64,000 bases of DNA from an uncultured Bacteroidota bacterium (GTDB lineage Bacteria > Bacteroidota > Bacteroidia > Bacteroidales > DTGW01), in the NCBI GenBank assembly GCA_963851385.1, contig CAWKPE010000013.1, positions 307,616 through 371,615 of the forward strand, read 5' to 3'. Positions 20,860-32,286 of the stretch are shown here, piece after piece. The notes under the pieces were generated by a model that saw nothing but the letters and a program-made list of their open reading frames with translations, searched no databases and was not told the DNA's origin. The first letter of the stretch is position 1. Each line of letters starts with the position of its first letter. The position numbers and the translations under genes were made by a program.

Positions 20860-22767
20860 TTGGCTTATAAAAATCTTCAGCATTTCATAAATATTCTTGA
20901 AAAATCCGGTGAATTGATCAGGATTAAGGAATTTGTTGATCCTGTGTTGGAAATTGCTGAAATTACTGATCGTATATCAAAAATTCCAGTTGGAGGTAAA
21001 GCTCTATTGTTTGAAAACACGGGTACTGATTTTCCTTTGCTTATTAACAGCCTGGGTTCAGAAAGGCGTATTTGCCTGGCATTAGGTGTAGAAAATCTCG
21101 ATGAAATCGGAATGAAAATTTCTACTTTAATGAATCAATTGACAAGTACGAATAATAGTTTTTGGACAAAACTTAAAATATTACCAACTCTAAAAGAAAT
21201 TTCATCTTTACTTCCTGTTCGAAAAAATGGAAGAGGTATTTGTCAGGAAGTGGTCATGAAGATTTCTGATTTAGGCAAATTACCGATTTTAAAATGCTGG
21301 CCACAAGATGGAGGACGTTTTATAACACTGCCATTAGTAAATACTATTGATCCAGACACGAGAATAAGAAATATAGGTATGTATCGCATGCAGGTTTTTA
21401 CATCAAATACAACTGGCATGCATTGGCACAGGCATAAAACTGGTGCCAGACATTATGAATTGTACAAATCGCTTGGTAAAAAAATGCCCGTTGCAGTTGT
21501 TCTGGGTGGCGATCCCGTGTACACGTATACTGCTACTGCTCCGCTTCCTGATAATATTGATGAATATCTTTTTGCGGGATTTTTAAGAGGAAAACGTGTT
21601 GAACTTGTAAAATGTCTCAGTCAGGATATTGATGTTCCGTCCGATGCTGATTTTATCATTGAAGGTTATGTTGATCCAAATGAATCCTTAGAAATGGAGG
21701 GACCATTTGGAGATCATACAGGTTTTTATTCGCTGGCCGACCGTTATCCTGTATTTCATGTTACTTGTATTACTCATCGCAAAGATGCCGTTTATCCTGC
21801 CACAATTGTCGGGGTGCCTCCTCAGGAAGATGCTTGGATTGCTAAAGCAACTGAGAGAATATTTGTTACACCAATTCGTTTGGCACTGGCACCTGAAATT
21901 ATTGACATCAACTTGCCAATTGAGGGCATTGCACATAACCTTGCAATTGTAAAGATAAACAAGACTTATCCTGGTCAGGCATTTAAAGTTATGAATGCAT
22001 TGTGGGGTGCAGGACAAATGATGTTTAATAAAATAATGATCATTGTCGGGAAAGAAATAAATATTTTTTCACCTTTTGAAATTCTGACATCAATTTTTAA
22101 AAATGTCATCAATTCTTCACATATATGCGTGCAAATGGGACCAGCCGATGTTCTTGATCATGCTGCACAATCATTTACTTATGGAGGAAAACTTTGTATT
22201 GATGCAACAATTAAAATGCCTGAAGAATTAGAAGTTTGTATGCAAAGCACAAAGGAAATTGAGCCAAAGTATTTGTCCGGTTCGTATGAGAATGAATTTA
22301 AAGTTACGGCAATTAATGAATATCTGACTACTCATGTCTATATTACGAATTCAAACATTACATTTTTAAAAGATGGTTTTGGTCTGTTAATTCTGACAAT
22401 AATTAAAAATCATAAAGAACAAATTAATGAACTATCGCATGAGCTATTTCATCAGCCACAATTTACGGGTATAAAATTTATAATTTTTCTTGAGGATGGT
22501 ATTCCTGTTAATAATTTGTCATTTATAACATGGTTAATTCTTGCAAATATTGATCCTGCGCGAGATTGTTATTTTTTAAAAGAAGATACAAAGTTTTGCA
22601 TGGCAATTGATGGAACAAAGAAGAATTTTAAATTAGATGGGTTTAATAGAACTTGGCCCGAAATAATTACTTCAGATATCAAAACAATAAAAAAAATTGA
22701 TGATAAATGGCCGTCTTTAGGATTGGGAGAATTCATCAGTTCACCGTCATTACTATTCAAAAGATAA
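20860..22767 (+). CDS. UbiD family decarboxylase (menaquinone/ubiquinone biosynthesis type)
   Basis: N-terminus YKNLQHFINILEKSGELIRIKE plus GMYRMQV and GPFGDHTGFY motifs typical of UbiD. Apparent TTG start. Confidence 0.85.
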   Translation: MAYKNLQHFINILEKSGELIRIKEFVDPVLEIAEITDRISKIPVGGKALLFENTGTDFPLLINSLGSERRICLALGVENLDEIGMKISTLMNQLTSTNNSFWTKLKILPTLKEISSLLPVRKNGRGICQEVVMKISDLGKLPILKCWPQDGGRFITLPLVNTIDPDTRIRNIGMYRMQVFTSNTTGMHWHRHKTGARHYELYKSLGKKMPVAVVLGGDPVYTYTATAPLPDNIDEYLFAGFLRGKRVELVKCLSQDIDVPSDADFIIEGYVDPNESLEMEGPFGDHTGFYSLADRYPVFHVTCITHRKDAVYPATIVGVPPQEDAWIAKATERIFVTPIRLALAPEIIDINLPIEGIAHNLAIVKINKTYPGQAFKVMNALWGAGQMMFNKIMIIVGKEINIFSPFEILTSIFKNVINSSHICVQMGPADVLDHAAQSFTYGGKLCIDATIKMPEELEVCMQSTKEIEPKYLSGSYENEFKVTAINEYLTTHVYITNSNITFLKDGFGLLILTIIKNHKEQINELSHELFHQPQFTGIKFIIFLEDGIPVNNLSFITWLILANIDPARDCYFLKEDTKFCMAIDGTKKNFKLDGFNRTWPEIITSDIKTIKKIDDKWPSLGLGEFISSPSLLFKR

Positions 22768-23066
22768 AGACTAATATAGTTTTTCAAAAAAGTTTTTCTG
22801 ATTCCGGACAAAGGTTATAAAAAAATATTTGGCTTCATTTTATTATTCAAAATTTCCCATTCCTATATCGCTTTAATAAGAGCTTGAAATCAAATTTACA
22901 ATTGACTTTTCCCGTTATTTTCATTTTAGTAACTTTATCTTAAAATTCTGTTTATTAGTTTATTAATAGTATAATTTCATCTAAATTTAAAAATCTGAGA
23001 ATTAATGAAGGTTTTCAGGGCAATGCATGTTGGTAATCAACTAAAGAAGTACTAAATTAGCGATTC

Positions 23067-26000
23067 ATGAGAAAAGTATTTACAATATTAATTTTCAGTG
23101 TTGCTTACTTCACTGTTGCTGAAAAGTTTTTATTGGCACAGCACCTGGGTTCAAGAACAGAATTATTTGCTATTGAAAATGGGTTGTCTCAAACCGGTAT
23201 CAACCATATTCTGCTGGATTCTAAAGGGTACCTGTGGCTTGCTACTCAGGATGGACTTGACCGATATGATGGAAATAACTTTTATATTTTCAGGCATCAG
23301 CCTTCAGATAGTAATTCTATTTGCGATAATTACATAAGACATATTTGTGAAGATAGTAAAGGAAATATATGGATAGCTACAATAAATGGGCTTAGCCGTT
23401 ACAGTCCAAGAAGCGGTTTATTTACAAATTTTTACAATGATCCCAAGAATGCCAATTCAATTTCAGATAATTCGTTATACTATGTTTATGAAGATCACGA
23501 AGGTGTCATTTGGATTAAAACGTTAGAATCATTAGAAAAATTTGATGTAAAAAAGAATAGATTTATTCATTACTATCATTATAATAATTTATTCAACTTT
23601 ATTTCAGGAGATTTTTATTTTTCAATTTTAGAAGATAACGACGGTAAGCTATGGGTGGGTTCAAAAGACGGGTTGAATTGTTTTGATAAAAATCTGGAAT
23701 TATTTGAGAGATTCGAAAATAATAAAACAGATCCATACTCTATCAGCGATAATAGAATCAAAGCAATTTGTGAAGATGGAGAAGGAGGCTTATGGATTGG
23801 TACTGAAAATGGATTAAATTATCTGGATAGACGGAATAAAAAGTTTAAAAGATATTATAATAATCCAAATTCTGAAAATAGTTTAGTGGATAATATAGTC
23901 AATGATTTGTATATAGACAATTCTGGCCTTTTATGGATTAGTGCACAAAATGGCTTTTGCAGTTATAATACTCAAAGTAAAACATTCAAACAATATAAGT
24001 TCGTATATAGCAACTCTGCCAAACTTTTTCTAACAGGTGTAAATTCAATTACCATAGATAAAGCAAATATACTTTGGATAGGTTCGTATCAGGGATTAAT
24101 TAAAATTGATATGAAACCTTTTAAGTTTAAATTATACAGACAATTTCAAGAAAATGCATATGAAAAGGCCGGTTTAGTAGTTACTTCATTATATGAAGAT
24201 GAACAAGATAATATTTGGGTAGGAACATGGGGAGAAGGACTGACTATCTTTAATAGAAAAAGTAAAATAAAAAAAACTTATAATTCAAAGTTATTTCCTG
24301 GAATTTATTAAAGATGATAATATTTTTGTTTTATATCCTGACAGGGAAATCGAATATGGGTTGGTACTGGCAGTGGTATTTTTATTTATAATAATAAAAC
24401 TGCACAATTTACAAATGTTTGTAGACTTATTTCAGGAATGTTCTTTTCTTGAAAATAACCGGGTTTATTCTATTTTGCAGGATAAAAGGGGACTCATTTG
24501 GATAGGAACAGAACATGGACTTCATACATATGATATCAGGAATAAACAATTAAATAATTATGTACAAATTCCCGACTCTCAAGGTATAATAATGAATACT
24601 GTTTATTGTATGGTTGAAGATTCATCAGGATATTTGTGGTTTGGAACGAACAAAGGATTAGTTAAGTTTAATCCACAAACGCTAAAATATAAACAATATG
24701 AATCAAACCCAAAGATTAATATTAATAGTTTAAGCAGTAATTCAGTTTATTCCTTACTTTGTAGTTCTAAAAATACAATATGGGTAGGAACTACGTCAGG
24801 TCTTTGCCGATATAATCCAAAATCAGATGATTTTGCAATTTATACTGAAAATGATGGATTACCTAATAATCTTATTTATGCAATTCTTGAAGATAATTCC
24901 GGTAATATTTGGTTGAGTACAAATAGAGGCATTGTGCAGTTATGATATAAAGCTTGATCAATTTACGGGATTTGATTTGGCTGATGGTCTTCAAAGTTAT
25001 GAGTTTAATATTGCTTCAGCATTTAAAAGCAGGAAAGGAGAATTGTTTTTTGGAGGTATCAATGGTTTTAATTCTTTTTATCCTGATTCAATGATTACAA
25101 ATAGTGCAAAACCAAATGTTGAAATTACATCTATTGAAATAATAGGTAAAGGTTTTAGTAAAAAAAATACCTGTTTGGCCTGAATAAAGTCGTTCATATT
25201 CCTTCCGGCACAAATGTATTTATCATAAACTTTGCAGTTCTTGATTTTACTTATCCCCAGAACAATCAATACATGTATTTATTAGCTTCTAATACAAAAG
25301 AAGGTATATGGGTAAATAATGGGAATCGTAATTATGTGAGTTTTTCCAATCTGCCTGCAGGATCTTACAAATTTCATGTTAAAGGTGCAAATAGTGACAT
25401 GGTATGGGGCGATAAAGAATACTCGATAGACATTATTGTTGAAAGCCCTATATGGACAACCAATTCAGCGATTTTCTTTTATATTGTTTTATTAATTTCA
25501 ATTGGCTATGGTACGGTACAATGGCGAACTCGAAAATTGCGTCAGACTAATAAAATGTTAATGGAAAAAGAACTTGCAGCAAAGGAGATTGCGCGTCAAA
25601 AGGAAGAACTTACCATTAAAAACAAAAATATTACTGACAGTATCAACTATGCAAAGCGCATCCAGGTTGCCATGATGCCATCGGAAAAAACCTTTAAGCG
25701 TTTATTACCTAATTCATTTGTATACCATAAGCCAAGAGATATCGTAAGTGGCGATTTTTATTGGGTATATGAACGTAATGGCAAAGTATTTATTGCTGCT
25801 GTTGATTGCACAGGGCATGGTGTTCCGGGTGCATTCATGTCAATATTGGGAGTTGAATTGTTTAGAAAAATTACTCAGAACCAAATTGAAGATCCTGGAA
25901 TGATTTTAAGTAACATTAATGAGGATTTTTCCAAAATCTTTAGTGATATTGAAGATATTAGTCTAAAAGATGGGATGGATATTTCATTTTGCGTAATAGA

Positions 26001-26385
26001 TAAAACTCATCTTATTATGTTTTATGCAGGTGCCTTTAATCCATTATACATTATCAGGGATAACAAAATTATCGAAATTAAAGGTAACAGGTTTTCTGTC
26101 AGTATGGAAAAGAAACAAGAATCACCTGATTTTATGACACATAAAATCCAATTGGAGAAAAAGGACATGATTTATATCTTTAGTGACGGTTATGCTGATC
26201 AATTTGGAGGTTATGAAGGAAAGAAATTTAAATATAGAAGATTCAGGCATATGCTTCTTAATATACATAATTTGCCATTGGAAGAACAAAAAGCATACTT
26301 AGAAGAATCAATGATAGCATGGAAAGGGAATAACGAACAGGTAGATGATATTTTAGTTATAGGAATTAAGTCAGATTTCAATTAG
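23067..26385 (+). CDS. Sensor protein with a periplasmic two-component-regulator propeller, Y_Y_Y domain, TM helix, coiled coil and PP2C/SpoIIE phosphatase; fragmented into 4 ORFs by at least 5 frameshifts
   Basis: ORFs 23067-24311, 24361-24945, 24932-25183 and 25273-26385 read as one architecture. It has repeated (L/I)W(I/V)GT..GL propeller blades. The Y_Y_Y segment (FAVLDFTYPQNNQYMYLL) is open upstream of the 25273 ATG. The C-terminal PP2C motifs are SGDFYW, DCTGHGVPGA and SDGYADQFGG. Breaks map to A8 24270-24277, AAA 24347-24349, TTTT 24444-24447, about 24930-24945, and A8 25159-25166. Confidence 0.8.
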
Positions 26386-26387
26386 TT

Positions 26388-28145
26388 CTATTGCCTGTTT
26401 TTTTCTCTCAAAAGATCTTTCATCTTTTGCACCAAAAGATCTATTTGAAAAGGTTTACTTATATAATCATTCATTCCAGCCGCCAAACATATTTCTTTAT
26501 CACCTGATAAGGCATTTGCAGTAATAGCTATAATGGGTGTATGTGAATGAGTACTAATCTCTATCTCGCGAATTTTTTTTGTAGCAGTTATTCCATCCAT
26601 TATTGGCATTTGGATATCCATCAAAATAAGATCATATTTAATGCTTCCAAATTTATCCATCGCTTCTTTGCCATTATTGGCAATATCAATATTACTTACA
26701 AGATTTTTTAAACTTAAAACTACAATTTTTTGATTTATAAGGTTGTCTTCTACCAGCAGAACATTCGCATCTTTTAATTCTATAGTTTTAGAGATTGTAC
26801 CAACAGATGGTGCAACTTTACCTTCGCCCTGTATTACCTTTTCAGCGGGAGTTTTTTGAAACTTAAATTGGAATTCCAGGATAGTTGTACCATTAATATA
26901 GCTCGCGAAAATTCTGCTTCCGGATAATTCAACCAATTTTTTAGCAATAGAAATATCAAATGTAGAATTGAAGAAATTAAGCTGATTCAACATATTGTTT
27001 CCTAAAAGCCATTTCTCTTCGGTTAAATTAATAGCCGGAAGTTGAAAATTAAAGCTAATTTGAAAAAGAATATCAATCTGGCTTTGGCTTTCCTTTGTCG
27101 GAATTACGGATAGTTCAATACTGCTGTTATCTTGAGCCTTAAATTTGACAATATTCTCGATCAAATTAAGAAAGATTTGTTTTATTCGTATAGAATCACC
27201 TAAAATATTTATTTTTTCCCTGTTGTTATCATTAAAATTAATTTGAATTCCTTCTGCATATTGATAATGAAAAAGTTTTAAGGTGCTTTTAAGTGTTGAA
27301 ATTAATTCAAAATTAACTTTATTTGTTTTTTCATCTATTTCAGCAGAGGAGACTTTAACAATGCTATTTACAACATTAACAAGATTGCTGGTTGAAGCAA
27401 TAATTGATTCAATCAGGTCTTTCTGGTTATTATCAAGTTTTGTACTGGTGATTAAATCACCAAGCATCATTATATTATTTAACGGAGTTCGAATTTGATG
27501 TGAAAGCTTGGATATAAATTCGTCTTTACTTTTAATTTCATTTTTGGAGTCTAAAATAATATTCCACAGATCTTTTATGTTTTCCTCGTTAAAGTACATA
27601 AAAATATATGTAACTGTGAGAATTAATGAATAACTAAAAAAAATTCTTAAATTCAAATATCCATTATAAGTTACTTTTATAATTGCATTTTCTGGCACTA
27701 AAATGATTATAGCCATTATAATTAGAAAAATTAAAGAATATACTGTGCCTCGTTTAATTCCGTTAACAAATATGCAAATGACAGGATAGGAAAATGCCCA
27801 TAAATAGCCTGTTTCGTTATCGCCTCCTGTAACAAGTAAATAAATAAATAAAATTGAAATAAGAGAGATTATAAAGTTATCAGATGTTTTAGTGTTTTTA
27901 GTTTTATGAAGTACAATAAGGTTTATTGCTAATAGAAAAGTTGTTATACCAATAACTGAAGCATGAAGGTAATTATGATGAAAAATGCCTAAAACTCCAA
28001 AAAAAAGGAAAAAAAATGTTCCGAGGATAGTGAAAATATTTGTTATAATTATCTTATTTACAACTTGTTTATCACATAAGTCGAATTTGCCAAAGGAAAA
28101 TAAGCCAATTATTTTTGATACTAAGGACATAAATATTAAGAGCAT
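26388..28145 (-). CDS. Hybrid sensor histidine kinase/response regulator with multi-TM N-terminus and a degenerate ATP-binding domain
   Basis: The H-box SHQIRTPLN and N-box NLIENIVKF are present. The receiver domain is intact (DLILMDIQMPIMDG, K in ISKPF). ISFNFQ replaces the G1 box and FNSTFDI replaces the G2 box. Confidence 0.8.
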   Translation of the reverse strand: MLLIFMSLVSKIIGLFSFGKFDLCDKQVVNKIIITNIFTILGTFFFLFFGVLGIFHHNYLHASVIGITTFLLAINLIVLHKTKNTKTSDNFIISLISILFIYLLVTGGDNETGYLWAFSYPVICIFVNGIKRGTVYSLIFLIIMAIIILVPENAIIKVTYNGYLNLRIFFSYSLILTVTYIFMYFNEENIKDLWNIILDSKNEIKSKDEFISKLSHQIRTPLNNIMMLGDLITSTKLDNNQKDLIESIIASTSNLVNVVNSIVKVSSAEIDEKTNKVNFELISTLKSTLKLFHYQYAEGIQINFNDNNREKINILGDSIRIKQIFLNLIENIVKFKAQDNSSIELSVIPTKESQSQIDILFQISFNFQLPAINLTEEKWLLGNNMLNQLNFFNSTFDISIAKKLVELSGSRIFASYINGTTILEFQFKFQKTPAEKVIQGEGKVAPSVGTISKTIELKDANVLLVEDNLINQKIVVLSLKNLVSNIDIANNGKEAMDKFGSIKYDLILMDIQMPIMDGITATKKIREIEISTHSHTPIIAITANALSGDKEICLAAGMNDYISKPFQIDLLVQKMKDLLREKNRQ

Positions 28146-28468
28146 TTTGTTACGAAAATATTAAAAATAACTCAATTATTTTCGTGCAGAGTCAAAAAAC
28201 TTCAAGCTTTCGAAGAATACAGACAAAATCTTTTCATATTTTCTTTGACTCTGGTATGAAAGATTTGGTATTTTTAATTTTTATTATACTTAAATATCTT
28301 GTTTTGAATTTATAAAGTTGAATTTAAAAATAATAGTTTTAAGAAACTCACATGTTAAATAAGTTAAACTCGAAGCCCGGATGAATAAAATATCACGAAC
28401 CTTGCAATTATGCATTGGTCCTGAGACATGTGAGTTCCATCCGTACTTTGACATTAAATTTTATTCTG

Positions 28469-29264
28469 ATGAAAAAGATAATCATTTTTGTTCCGGTTTT
28501 GTTTTTATTTATTACTTCATTTTCACCGGAATACGTTCCTACCAGTGATGAAGTAAATCGGTTTTATCAAACCAAAACTCTGGCTATATTAGAAGATAAC
28601 CCGATTGCACAATACAATTTTGTAATTAAAGAATTTATGCAAAAAGAATGGAAATTAACTCCATATGATTTTATTACTTATAGTGAATTTGAAGCAAAGC
28701 GTATGGATCCGCAATATTCCTTTATCATGCTGAACGAAGTACGTTTTGATAAAGATAAAAGTCTGACAAAATATATATTTTTAAGTCTAATGCTTGGAGG
28801 TAAAGAAAAGATAGTTTCTAATATGCCTGATTTATGTCCGGTTCCTTTAGCATATTCCGAAGTTGATGAAGACAGTTATGATTATAAAATACAGACTATA
28901 TTGACGATTCATGCAAAACCATGTAGAAATTATACATAAGAATCCAAAAGTTATTTCCACCAATATGTTCAAGTATTACAACGATAATATGGGAAGTGTA
29001 AAGAATAAAACACTTTATTTAATTCCCAGTGAACTGGCAAAGGAATGTAATACTGAAGCCAAAATAAAAAAGATTTATCCTTATAAATTCAAACTGGTTA
29101 CGCGCGAAGAAGTCTCAAAAGCAATAGATGCAAGCGATTCAACTGTAGTTTTTCTTCATAAAGTTGGTCCCGAAGGAACCCGTTTGATCGCACGTTGTTA
29201 TAAAATTCTGATAGGCGCTGCCGATTCCAAATTTTATTATTTCGATTACCATAAAATCAGCTGA
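28469..29264 (+). CDS. Hypothetical secreted protein, split by a frameshift (ORFs 28415-28939 and 28911-29264)
   Basis: An ATG at 28469 gives the signal-like N-terminus MKKIIIFVPVLFLFITSFS. The two overlapping ORFs on one strand are most simply a single gene, with the shift near 28900-28915. No family recognised. Confidence 0.5.
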
Positions 29265-29390
29265 TGAAAAACCTGATGGATTCCTGGCAAGTGATTTTAA
29301 AAAACTGGCAAAGAAATAAAATATCTGTAAAAGCAAGTTTTAATAAACTCAGCTTAAAGCAAAAACAAAAAATACAGCTTTACTCAATTA

Positions 29391-29437
29391 AACCTGCCAC
29401 AAAAAATAATTCTTAATTGTTGCAGGTTTTGTTTTTT
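29391..29437 (+). terminator. Possible Rho-independent terminator
   Basis: Stem AACCTGC (29391-29397) / GCAGGTT (29422-29428) followed by TTTTGTTTTTT. The 24-nt loop is long, so confidence is modest. Confidence 0.4.
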
Positions 29438-29471
29438 GTATTTTTATAAATTAATTGCAATAGGAAAAAAT

Positions 29472-30083
29472 ATGAATATTTTGGTGATACTTGGACATCC
29501 TGATATAAATAGCTTTAATCATGCAATTGCGGGTACAGCAATCAGTCAATTAAGAGGAAATGGATATTCTGTGATTTTTCACGATTTGTATGAAGAAGGT
29601 TTTGATCCAATTGTTCAGACTGAAGATATTATGCGTAATGGCAGGATCAATGAGTCAATTGAGAAACATTGTAAGGAGCTTGCAAATTGTGACGGGATAA
29701 TTGTGATTCATCCTAATTGGTGGGGGCAACCTCCTGCAATCCTGAAAGGTTGGATTGACAAAGTTTTCAGGCCGGGTGTTGCCTATAAATTTCAAGAGGG
29801 TAATTCAGGTGAAGGAATACCAATAGGGTTATTAAAAGCCAAAACAGCAATAGTTTTTAATACTTCAAATACGAATGAAGAAAGAGAAATGCAGATATTT
29901 CAGGATCCTCTGGAAACAATTTGGAAGAATTGTATATTTGATTTATGCGGCATAAAAAAATTTTACAGAAAAATGTTCAGAGTAATTGTAACTAGTAATA
30001 TGGAACAACGAAAAGCTTGGCTTAAAGAAGTTAGAGAGAAAACAGATAAGTATTTTCCAAAACTTGATAAACTGAACAATTAG
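29472..30083 (+). CDS. NAD(P)H-dependent oxidoreductase, flavodoxin-like fold (Flavodoxin_2/NQO type)
   Basis: MNILVILGHPDINSFNHAI... and HPNWWGQPPAILKGWIDKV are typical of this family. ATG at 29472 is preferred over the track start at 29436. Confidence 0.8.
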   Translation: MNILVILGHPDINSFNHAIAGTAISQLRGNGYSVIFHDLYEEGFDPIVQTEDIMRNGRINESIEKHCKELANCDGIIVIHPNWWGQPPAILKGWIDKVFRPGVAYKFQEGNSGEGIPIGLLKAKTAIVFNTSNTNEEREMQIFQDPLETIWKNCIFDLCGIKKFYRKMFRVIVTSNMEQRKAWLKEVREKTDKYFPKLDKLNN

Positions 30084-30118
30084 TAATTTTAAACTTTGAA
30101 TTTTGAACTTAATAAAAT

Positions 30119-31799
30119 ATGAGCGACGATAAAAAAATTATTTTTTCAATGGTAGGAGTGGGGAAAACTTTTCCTCCGCATAAAAGAGTATTAAATAATA
30201 TTTACTTGTCCTTCTTTTATGGTGCAAAGATTGGTATAATCGGTTTAAATGGTTCGGGTAAGTCAACATTGATGAAGATTATAGCAGGTCTTGAAAAATC
30301 TTTTGAAGGTCAGGTAGTTTTTTCACCGGGTTATTCAGTCGGTTTCTTGGAACAAGATCCAAAACTTGATGAAACAAAAACAGTGAAAGAAATTGTACAG
30401 GAAGGTGTCCAGGAGATTGTCGGCCTGATGAAGGAATATGAAGAAGTTAATACAAAATTTGCAGACCCGGATCTTTCTCCGGACGAAATGGATAAACTTA
30501 TAGTGCGTCAGGGAGAACTCACAGATAAGATTGAACAGAACGATGGCTGGAACCTGGACAACCATCTTGAAGTAGCTATGGATGCATTGCGTTGTCCTGA
30601 TGGAGATGCTCCTGTAAAGAACCTTTCGGGTGGTGAACTTCGCAGGGTGGCATTATGCCGGTTACTGTTGAAACATCCGGATATACTTCTTCTTGACGAA
30701 CCTACGAATCATTTGGATGCCGAAAGTGTTCAGTGGCTTGAACAACACCTTCAGCAATATAAAGGTACTGTGATTGCAATTACCCACGATCGTTACTTTC
30801 TAGACAATGTTGCAGGATGGATTCTTGAGCTCGATCGTGGTGAAGGAATTCCCTGGAAAGGTAATTATACTTTGTGGCTGGAACAGAAATCTGAACGTTT
30901 AAAGCAGGAAGAAAAACAGGAAAGTAAGCGCCGCAAAACACTTGAGCACGAACTTGAGTGGGTGCGCATGGCTCCCAAAGCCAGGCAAGCTAAAGGCAAA
31001 GCCCGGCTTTCGGCTTACGAAAAGATGCTTAATGAAGATGTAAAGCAAAAAGAAGACAGGTTAGAGATATATATTCCAAATGGCCCACGGTTAGGTTCAA
31101 ATGTCATCGAATCAAAAAGTGTTTCTAAGGCATTTGGTGATAAACTTTTATTCGAAGGATTAAATTTTAATTTACCTCCTGCCGGTATCGTTGGCATAAT
31201 TGGTCCAAATGGTGCCGGTAAGACAACACTTTTCAGACTCATTATTGGCACTGAAAAACCAGATAGCGGCAAATTTACAATCGGAGAAACTGTAAAAATT
31301 GGGTATGTTGATCAGGCTCATACTGCTATTGATCCTGAAAAAACAGTATTTGAAGTTATTTCAGGAGGACTGGATTTCATTACTATGGGCAACAAGCAGG
31401 TCAATGCAAGGGCTTATGTCGGACGTTTCAATTTTTCGGGTGCAGATCAGGAAAAGAAATGCGGTGTCCTCTCAGGTGGAGAACGAAATCGACTGCATCT
31501 GGCGCTTACATTGAAAGAAGAAGCAAATGTTTTGTTGCTTGATGAACCTACCAATGACATTGACGTAAATACTCTTCGTGCTTTAGAGGATGGATTGGAA
31601 AACTTTGCTGGTTGTGCAGTAATTATTTCGCATGATCGCTGGTTTCTTGACAGCGTGGCAACACATATCTTAGCATTTGAAGGCGATTCACAGGTTTATT
31701 TCTTTGAAGGTTCGTTTCAGCGAATATGAAGAAAACCGTAAAAAACGAATTGGCGATTCAGCCCCGCATAGGATAAAGTATAAAAAACTTACAAGATAA
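30119..31799 (+). CDS. ettA: ABC-F ATPase, energy-dependent translational throttle protein EttA; C-terminus displaced by a 1-nt insertion
   Basis: Two ABC cassettes (GLNGSGKST, LSGGELRR; GPNGAGKTT, LSGGERNR). The track ORF stops at 31729. Removing one T from TTT at 31715-31717 restores FEGSFSEYEENRKKRIGDSAPHRIKYKKLTR with its stop at 31797-31799, matching the conserved EttA tail. Confidence 0.9.
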
Positions 31800-31919
31800 T
31801 ATTGATTACAGATGTGTATATGTGCAAATTTGCAAATTAGAATAATCTATATGATTACCTAAAATAATTCTAACTTATGGTATGCAGAAAAAAGATAATT
31901 TAATACTTAGTAATAACTT

Positions 31920-32231
31920 TTGATTTTGCTCTTGAATATTATCGAGTATTGTGAAATACTTGAAGAAAAAAAGAAATTTGTAATAGCTAAACAATTGTTA
32001 AAATCTGGTACTTCAATTGGCGCAAATGTGAGAGAAGCTCAATCTGCTGAAAGTAGGGCAGATTTTATTCACAAAATGAAAATAGCTGAAAAAGAAGCAG
32101 AGGAAACTGAATACTGGTTACTTTTGTGCAAACATGCTAAGAATTATCCTTCTAATGAATTATTAATTGAAAAAGTAATTTCAATAAAAAAAGTTATAGG
32201 AAAAATACTAATGACATCAAAATCAAAATAA
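31920..32231 (+). CDS. Four-helix-bundle protein (23S rRNA intervening-sequence protein / Avd-like family)
   Basis: Family hallmark LLKSGTSIGANVREAQSAESRADFIHKMKIAEKEAEETEYWL. A plausible native N-terminus (ATG at 31882, MQKKDNLILSNNF) lies upstream in another frame, so the 5' end appears frameshifted. Confidence 0.75.
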   Translation: MILLLNIIEYCEILEEKKKFVIAKQLLKSGTSIGANVREAQSAESRADFIHKMKIAEKEAEETEYWLLLCKHAKNYPSNELLIEKVISIKKVIGKILMTSKSK

Positions 32232-32286
32232 TTTTTTTATTTTATCTGCATATCAGCACATTTGTAATTTGCAAATTTATATATAA

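Noticed and set aside
20838-20860. Short AAAATC-type tandem motif upstream of the UbiD gene, and the KQ-rich codon repeat at 39350-39385
   Set aside because: These are only two or three units of low-complexity AT-rich sequence. They have no structural or regulatory signature beyond composition.
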